A DNA stretch of 15,133 nucleotides. It comes from Octopus sinensis (Eukaryota). This document shows, in pieces, positions 8,292 through 15,133 of the stretch (positions are counted from its first letter, which is position 1; each line of letters opens with the position of its first letter). The notes under the pieces are model-generated. The model saw only the letters and a program-made list of their open reading frames with translations, was not told where the DNA came from and did no database searches. The stretch is from the NCBI RefSeq assembly GCF_006345805.1, contig NW_021825738.1, positions 1-15,133 on the forward strand, read 5' to 3'. Made by a program: the position numbers and the translations under genes.

Positions 8292-8351
8292 ATGGCATTT
8301 TTTCACAGAATACTTTCACTTTTATACTTTTAGTTGGCTGCTGCTGTTACC

Positions 8352-8996
8352 GAAAAACTGAAGGAGCGCTGCAATAAGTTTGTGAATCTGAGAGGGGAAT
8401 ATCTATATATATAAAACTGTAGTTGTGTGAGTGTCTGTCCCCTTCGATTTAGATTCCTAACTACTCCCACATTTTGCGGTGCAGTTTAACCAAATTCGGG
8501 TATCTTATAGTCGTGATTCATATCGAGCCCGTCTGAGTATTGGCGCGCATCTACGACGAGTCTACGATTTTAAAAATAATTTAACATCATTTTTTATTCC
8601 ATTTTAATGCATAATTTTTCGTGTGTCAATGGCGGCGGAGTTGGCATCCACGCTCAAACACCTGCACCTTGTTTGCTTCTCCCCCTTCCTTCTTCCTCCC
8701 TCGTGAAGCTGTGGGGAAGGGAGTGTAAGGAAATCAACGTCGTAAAGCGTTGTCAAGGAGACCAGCGTTCTTTTAGAACAACGACTTCATGGCTTGAAGA
8801 CACCAAAACAGAAATGGCTAAGAAAGCCCGAATTGGCATCTATAAGGGAAGTAACTCTCTAAAAATGCTTATATAGTTATTTCCCTTACAAACCCGAGCA
8901 ACGCCGGGCAATACTGCTAGTGTTGAATAAAATCATAATTGACTGATCCAGTATTTTGTTTTACCCAACGCCTGGAGCTTTTCAGCAATCCCTTGT
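8352..8996 (+). pseudogene. Mariner-type transposase C-terminal relic and right TIR, split by a Helitron (8352-8401 joined to 8921-8996)
   Basis: Removing 8402-8920 restores EKLKERCNKFVNLRGEYVE*, matching the mariner C-terminal motif (R..KC...GxYxE-stop). It is followed by a TIR-like GCCTGGAGCTTTTCAGCAATCCCTTG (8970-8995). Confidence 0.75.
8402..8920 (+). mobile_element. Non-autonomous Helitron (519 bp)
   Basis: A|TC 5' end; GC-rich hairpin CCCGAGCAACGCCGGG (8893-8908) 8 nt before terminal CTAG|T; no TSD; second copy at 11771-12279. Confidence 0.92.
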
Positions 8997-9063
8997 GTCT
9001 GTCTATCCATCTATGTGTGTTTGTGTGTGTGTATATGGGTGTGTGCGTGTGTGTATATGTAGT

Positions 9064-9230
9064 CTTTTATTTGTTACTGTCATTTGACTGCAGCCATGCT
9101 AATCCAACCCCAGGACTTATTTTTTTTAAATCTTAGTACTATTCTATCTGTTACTATTTGCCAAACTGCTAAGTTACAGGGATATAAACACACCAACACC
9201 AGTTTCAAGACACAAAGACACACACACATA
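9064..9230 (-). mobile_element. Degraded family A SINE 3' half
   Basis: GTCATTTGACTGCAGCCATGCT and CTAAGTTACAGGGATATAAACACACC segments are recognisable. Confidence 0.7.
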
Positions 9231-9244
9231 TATATGTATATATA

Positions 9245-9312
<68 letters not shown>

Positions 9313-9353
9313 GTGTGTGTGTGTGTATATATATAAATGTATATATAAATAAC

Positions 9354-9601
9354 GTAAAGTATACTAGCCATCAATATGGCTAACCACTAAGGGTGGGTGT
9401 TATTGTAGCTTTTAGCCCCAGGAGATCATCGTCTCCAGCTGGCTTTAGACACACTATCTGTGCCCTTATGGTATTTGCAAAGGGAGGTCATCCCTCTCTC
9501 GTAAGCCTAAGTGATACACACGGACTGCAGTTTCGAGGTGTTTGCCTCTTGTCAACGTACGGCAATCACCGGTTTACAATGAAAAGGAAGACCTGTTTGC
9601 A
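9354..9601 (+). mobile_element. TIR-less internal copy of the 9648-9959 MITE, inverted relative to it
   Basis: Reverse complement of 9669-9913 with 12 substitutions and one 3-nt indel. Confidence 0.85.
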
Positions 9602-9647
9602 AATACTTATGGGTTTTTCTAGTAACTACTGTCACTGATTTCGAGCA

Positions 9648-9959
9648 ATAATAAATCTCTGAATGAGATGTAAACAGGTCTTTCTTTTCATTGTAAACTG
9701 GTGATTACCGTGCGTTGACAAGAGGCAAACACCTCAAAACTGCAGTCCGTGCGTATCACTTAGGTTTACGAGAGAGGGATGACCTCCCTTTGCAAATATC
9801 ATAAGGGCACAGATAGTGTGCCTAAAGCCAGCTGGAGACGATGATCTCCTGGGGCTAAAAGCTACAGTAACACCCACCCTTAGTTAGCCATATTGATAGC
9901 TAGTATACTTTACATTGTCGACGCGGTTACTGTTTACATCTCTTTCAGAGATTTATTAT
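9648..9959. mobile_element. MITE, 312 bp, 30-bp TIRs
   Basis: ATAATAAATCTCTGAATGAGATGTAAACAG (9648-77) matches the reverse complement of 9930-59 at 29/30. A TA target duplication is possible but cannot be separated from the TIR. Confidence 0.8.
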
Positions 9960-10050
9960 ATATATATTATATATATATATATATTATATATATATATATA
10001 ATATATATATATATATATAATATATATATATATATTATAGATATATCGTA

Positions 10051-10464
10051 GGCACAGGAGTGGCTGTGTGGTAAATAGCTTGCTAACCAACCACATGGTT
10101 CCGGGTTCAGTTCCCATTGCGTGGCATCTTGTGCAAATGTCTTCTGCTATAGCCCCAGGCTGACCAATGCCTTGTGAGTGGATTTGGTAGACGGAAACTG
10201 AAAGAAGCCTGTCGTATATATGTATATATATATGTATATGTATGTGTGTTTGTGTGTCTGTGTTTGTCCCCCTAGCATTGCTTGACAACCGATGCTGGTG
10301 TGTTTACGTCCCCGTCACTTAGCGGTTCAGCAAAAGAGACCGATAGAATAAGTACTGGGCTTACAAAGAATAAGTCCCGGGGTCGATTTGGTCGACTAAA
10401 GGCGGTGCTCCAGCATGGTCGCAGTCAAATGACTGAAACAAGTGAAAGAGTAAAGAGTAAGAGT
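10051..10464 (+). mobile_element. Family A SINE, full length
   Basis: All modules present; flanked by (TA)n. Confidence 0.9.
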
Positions 10465-10475
10465 ATAGATATATA

Positions 10476-10522
<47 letters not shown>

Positions 10523-10524
10523 AT

Positions 10525-11089
10525 GACAGAGGTTTGGTTATGTGGTAAGAGGTTTGCTTCACAACCACATGGTCCTGGGTTCAGTCTCACTGTGTGGCAC
10601 CTACCTTGGGCACATGTCTTCTACTATAGCATCGGGCTGACCAAAGCCTTGTATGTGGATTTAGTGAATGGAAACTGAAAGAAGCCTGTCGTATATATAT
10701 ATGTATATGTTTGTGTGTCTGTGTTTGCTCCCCCATCGCGTGTCTTCTACTATAGCCTCGGGCCGACCAAAGCCTTGGGAGTGGATTTGGTAGACAGAAA
10801 CTGAAAGAAGCTTGTTGCATATATGTATATATATATATGTATGTATGTATGTGTGTGTGTATGTGTTTGTGTGTCTGTGTTTGTCTCCCCAACATCGCTT
10901 GACAACCGATGCCGGTGTGTTTACGTCCCTATAACTTAGCGTTTCAGCAAAAGAGACCGATAGAATAAGTACTGGGCTTACAAAGAATAACTCCTGGGGT
11001 CGATTTGCTCGACTAAAGGCGGTGCTCCAGCATGGCCGCAGTCAAATGACTGAAACAAGTAAAAGAGTAAAAGAGTAAAGAGAGTAAGA

Positions 11090-11092
<3 letters not shown>
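10525..11092 (+). mobile_element. Chimeric family A SINE (diverged 5' monomer fused to a second body and tail)
   Basis: Body segment TGTCTTCTACTATAGC...microsatellite...CATCGC occurs twice; junction at about 10740. Confidence 0.82.
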
Positions 11093-11131
<39 letters not shown>

Positions 11132-11136
11132 ATATA

Positions 11137-11243
11137 TCACCGTGATCGACCAGGCTATCAGTTGTTGCTACACATCACTGGTCACAATGCACTTCGCATT
11201 GTTTTAGCCTTCAAACCACCTCGCTGGCCAAGCAAGCAGGCCA

Positions 11244-11244
<1 letters not shown>
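11137..11244. repeat. Probable fragment of another interspersed repeat between (TA)n tracts
   Basis: GC-richer island flanked by TA runs. It resembles an octopus SINE 3' end from memory only; no second copy in the window. Confidence 0.3.
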
Positions 11245-11279
<35 letters not shown>

Positions 11280-11456
11280 ATATAAATGAAAATGAAGAAA
11301 AGAAAAATGCTGACAAAATAATTTAAGTAAGGGAGAGTGTATTTAATTAGGTGAAAGTCTTTTTACCGGTTGCGCATTTGTTATGCTTATCAAAAGATAT
11401 TTTGAGTGAGATAGAGTTCCTTTCTGATTGATTTTTTCTCTTATCTTTTTTTCTCT

Positions 11457-11487
<31 letters not shown>

Positions 11488-11770
11488 AGGCACGCAGAAC
11501 CATACATTTCCAGGAGATGCCGACACTCTGCTCTGATGAATCCCTGTCTATTCTGTGGACTAATGAGAATATCCTTAATAGAATTCCTGAAAGACTCTTG
11601 AGATGCCTACATGCGTATAAATGTGCTTTCACACAATGCAGCGAGAATTAATTAATTTACTCTAAAGTATGGATGACTTAAATTTACCGTCAACCTCCCC
11701 ATTCTCACAAACAGCAAGTAGATAGTTAACTCATTTTGTGATTGTGAATGCACCAAAATTTATGCATGCA

Positions 11771-12279
11771 CTAGCAGTATTGCCCGGCGTTGCTCGGGTT
11801 TGTAAGGGAAATAACTATATAAGCATTTTTAGAGAGTTACTTCCCTTATAGATGCCAATTCGGGCTTTCTTAGCCATTTCTGTTTTGGTGTCTTCAAGCC
11901 ATGAAGTCGTTGTTCTAAAAGAACGCTGGTCTCCTTGACAACGCTTTACGACGTTGATTTCCTTACACTCCCTTCACGAGGGAGGGAAGAAGGGGGAGAA
12001 GCAAACACAGGTGCAGGTGTTTGAGCGTGGGACGCCAACTCCGCCGCCATCGACACACGAAAAATTATGCATTAAAATGGAATAAAAAATGATGTTAAAT
12101 TATTTTTAAAATCGTAGACTCATCGTAGACGCATGCTAATACTCAGACGGGCTCGATATGAATCACGACTATAAGATACCCAAATTTGGTTAAACTGCAC
12201 CGCAAAATGTGGGAGGAGTTAGGAATCTAAATCGAAGGGGACAGACACTCACACAACTACAGTTTTATATATATATAGA
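11771..12279 (-). mobile_element. Non-autonomous Helitron (509 bp), same family as 8402-8920
   Basis: Minus strand reads A|TC...CCCGAGCAACGCCGGG-CAATACTG-CTAG|T. Confidence 0.92.
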
Positions 12280-12403
12280 TATGCTCACATTTTCGTGGAT
12301 GCTCGTAAGAACGAGTGTACTCGTGCCATGCTACTTGCCCGAGGGCATTTATACATCCACAGCTATTTTTTTAATACTTTTCTCGCCGCATTGTGTGTTC
12401 ATT

Positions 12404-13070
12404 TCTCTTTTTCCCATCTTTTTATCTTTTACTTGTTTCAGTCATTTGACTGCGGCTATGCTGGAGCACTGCCTTTAGTCGAGCAAATCGACCCCGGGAC
12501 GTATTCTTTGTAAGCCCAGTACTTATTCTATCGGTCTCTTTTTGTCGAACCGCTAAGTGACGGGGACGTAAACACACCAGCATCGGTTGTCAAGCAATGC
12601 TAGGGGGACAAACACGGACACACAAACACACACATGCATATATATATATATACATATACAAGGCGGCGAGCTGGCAGAACCGTTAGCACGCCGGGCGAAA
12701 TGCGTGGCCGTTTTTCGTCTGCCGTTACGTTCTGAGTTCAAATTCCAACGAGGTCGACTTTGCCTTTCATCTTTTCGGGGTCGATAAATTAAGTACCAGT
12801 TACGAACTGGGGTCGATGTAATCGACTTAATCCGTTTGTCTGTCCTTGTTTGTCCTCTCTGTGTTTAGCCCCTTGTGGGTAGTTAAAGAAATATATATAC
12901 ATATATACGACAGGCTTCTTTCAGTTTCTGCCTACCAAATCCACTCACAAGGCATTGGTCGGCCCGGGGCTATAGCAGAAGACACTTGCCCAAGATGCCA
13001 TGCAGTGGGACTGAACCCGGAACCATGTGGTTGGTTAGCAAGCTACTTACCACACAGCCACTCCTGCGCC
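12404..13070 (-). mobile_element. Family A SINE split at its internal microsatellite by a family B SINE
   Basis: 3' half at 12404-12660 and 5' half at 12891-13070 are collinear once 12662-12890 is removed. Confidence 0.88.
12662..12890 (+). mobile_element. Family B tRNA-headed SINE
   Basis: Box A-like TGGCAGAACCG, box B-like GAGTTCAAATTCC, central GGTCGACTTTGCCTTTCATC...GTCGATAAATTAAGTACCAG segment of the kind conserved in metazoan SINEs (domain name not assigned). Confidence 0.8.
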
Positions 13071-13145
13071 TTTATTTATTTATGTATGAGTAAGCAGACA
13101 AACGAAGGGCGTTAAACCAATTCATTGGTACTCATGAGTATATAT

Positions 13146-13564
13146 ACTCTTTACTCTTTTACTCTTTTACTTGTTTCAGTCATTTGACTGTGGCCATGCT
13201 GGAGCACCACCTTTAATCGAGCAACTCGACCCCGGGACTTATTCTTTTTGTAAGCCCAGTATCTATCGGTCTCTTTTGCCGAACCGCTAAGTAACGGGGA
13301 CGTAAACACACCAGCATCAGTTGTCAAGTAATGCTAGGGGGACAAATACAGACACACAAACATACACACACACATATATGTATATATATATATATATATA
13401 CGACAGGCTTCTTTCAGTTTCCATCTACCAAATCCACTCACAAGGCTTTGATCGGCCCGAGGCTATAGTAGAAGACCCTTGCCCAAGGTTCCATGCAGTG
13501 GGACTGAACCCGGAACAATGTAGTTAGTAAACAAGCTACTTACCACAAAGCCACTCCTGTGCCT
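13146..13564 (-). mobile_element. Family A SINE, full length
   Basis: All modules present on the minus strand. Confidence 0.9.
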
Positions 13565-13581
13565 ATATATATATTCTTTCA

Positions 13582-13641
13582 TTTTTTTTTTCATTATATC
13601 TAGTTTCAGCTCATGAGCTGTGGCCATACTGGGACACCGCC
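13582..13641 (-). mobile_element. Isolated retroposon 3' tail (about 60 bp) with poly(A)
   Basis: Minus strand reads GGCGGTGTCCCAGTATGGCCACAGCTCATGAGCTGAAACTAG...AAAAAAAAA. Confidence 0.65.
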
Positions 13642-13796
13642 ATATATATATAAAATATTTTTGAAAAAAGAAAAAAAAATTAATTCACTAGTAGTTCTGA
13701 TCAGTTTAATTAATTATTCTTCTTATTTTTTAATAATATAAATTTTAGTTCATATATATATATATATATATATAAGTATGTATGTATGTATGTATG

Positions 13797-14070
13797 GGTT
13801 TCAAGGGCCCACAGCTTTTTAATATTCTCCAAAGAGTCTGAGGAACTTGCACAAAGTAGATGTAGCAGTTTTAAATCAAAGCTGGACATCTTCCTGTCAA
13901 GAAGTCCAGATGAACCTACCTCACGGCAAGAGGTGCAAATGAGATAGCTATATTAACTCCATTCTTCCCCAGTGCCACATATTAGACGAGGTTCGTTGTA
14001 ATAACAGTGTAGCACAAAACGGCGGTGCATCAGCATGGCCCCGCTCTGAGCTGAACAAGAAAAAAAAAAA
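13797..14070 (+). pseudogene. 5'-truncated LINE: frameshifted ORF2 C-terminus, 3' UTR and poly(A)
   Basis: With two -1 corrections it reads GFKGPQLFNIL/PKSLRNLHKVDVAV/KSKLDIFLSRSPDEPTSRQEVQMR, the GPxLFNxLP...KxxLDxFL...PDEP motif of non-LTR ORF2 ends (CR1/L2/Jockey-like; clade uncertain). A-run ends at 14070. Confidence 0.75.
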
Positions 14071-14207
14071 CGAAATATATATATATATATATATTATATA
14101 TCTATTATAATAACAAAGGGTAAAATTAATTAATAAGAAGTAATCAATAATTTCACCAAGTAGAATTCGGTATGAAAAAAGGACCGTTTCACGGCAAACT
14201 TAAGTAA

Positions 14208-14492
14208 TACTAATAAAAGGGTTCAGCAAAGATTTGCTTCACCACATACCGAAGTTTAGAAATAGCAGCCAAAAATCTTAGCTATTTCTTCTACTTTAAA
14301 AAGGGTCTTCCAGAGAAACCAAAATACTTGATGGTTATTCACACAGGCGGAGAGTAAAGCAACAGTGAATAACCTTCAAGTATTCTGGTTTCTCTGGAAG
14401 ACCCTTTTTAAGTAGAAGAAATAGGAAGAGTTTGGCTGGTATTTCTAAACTTCGGTGTGTGGTGAAGCAATCTTTGCTGAACCCTTTTATTA

Positions 14493-14495
<3 letters not shown>
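14208..14495. mobile_element. Fold-back MITE: about 135-bp arms, 22-bp spacer, TA ends
   Basis: TACTAATAAAAGGGTTCAGCAAAG...CTTTGCTGAACCCTTTTATTAGTA; spacer 14343-14364; arms roughly 90% identical by eye. Confidence 0.88.
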
Positions 14496-14535
<40 letters not shown>

Positions 14536-14731
14536 TCTATCTACATATAGGTACATAATGTTAGATTTAGTATAGTAATTTTTAGTACAATAATTAATAA
14601 TATATTTAAATGTATTTTCATTATAAATAATATCTTTCATTATTCTGAATTGAATTACTTTATGAAGGTTCTATCTCTTAAATCTCTCTCCTCTCTCTCT
14701 TCTATATCTATCATATATATATTAATATATC

Positions 14732-14762
<31 letters not shown>

Positions 14763-15133
14763 TATAAGGCTTTACTTCCACACATGACAGCTTAATTTAT
14801 TCATCCTTAGTCGAAAGACACCTATGTTATGTCCTGTTATTTGTATTGTAAACTGTCTCTGTTGTTTTTTTCTCCTTGTTTTTGTATACATTCGCTGCTT
14901 TTTTCCAAGGAATGCAATGCTCTTAGCTTAGTTTTTCCTTGAGGCTGGCCAGATTGGAGCAATCTCGAGTATAACCAGCTGAAATTGCAAAGATAATCTG
15001 GAACTCGACTGAGGATAGAAAACTCCGAATGATCCGTCCTTGTTTTCCTTGTATCGTCTGTCTGGATATTTTTGTTCTCCCTCTTTGATTCACCTAACTG
15101 TTTGGATGTTTTGCATTCTTGTCCCATTTTTGT

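Noticed and set aside
11526-11605. Hammerhead candidate CTGATGA (11533)...GAAA (11589)
   Set aside because: No stem II adjacent to the core, no A-U closed stem III with NUH, and no stem I.
11514-11651. Possible terminal exon after TTTCCAG (45 codons then TAA)
   Set aside because: No recognisable protein, no partner exons, weak polypyrimidine tract; needs RNA-seq.
14766-14845. Half-hammerhead GGCT...AGTC-GAAAG next to a TA tract
   Set aside because: No CUGANGA upstream and no valid stem III.
15001-15040. Hammerhead candidate CTGAGGA (15009)...GAAT...GTC
   Set aside because: GAAT instead of GAAA, and stems I-III cannot be formed; at most a relic.

Overview
Repeat-saturated, AT-rich eukaryotic non-coding DNA (intronic or intergenic). 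The repeat families look like those of octopus, but this is recognition from memory, not a database hit. No intact protein-coding gene is supported; the ORF track comes from SINEs, microsatellites and inverted repeats. The window holds about 12 copies or fragments of one tRNA-headed CORE-like SINE, two or three other SINE families, two non-autonomous Helitrons in inverted orientation (one splits a mariner relic at its GEY codon), several MITE/fold-back elements, a LINE 3' end sharing its tail with the SINE, and a 21-unit higher-order minisatellite inside a SINE that mimics a CRISPR array. The main discovery is a cluster of type I hammerhead ribozyme motifs. One is a canonical motif at 4928-5034. 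Two identical copies sit on opposite strands of a spacer-less 530-bp palindrome (1369-1898). A decayed relic lies at 3641-3748. All have a palindromic stem III, as in Penelope-like/retrozyme hammerheads. Folds were worked out by hand and activity is untested.
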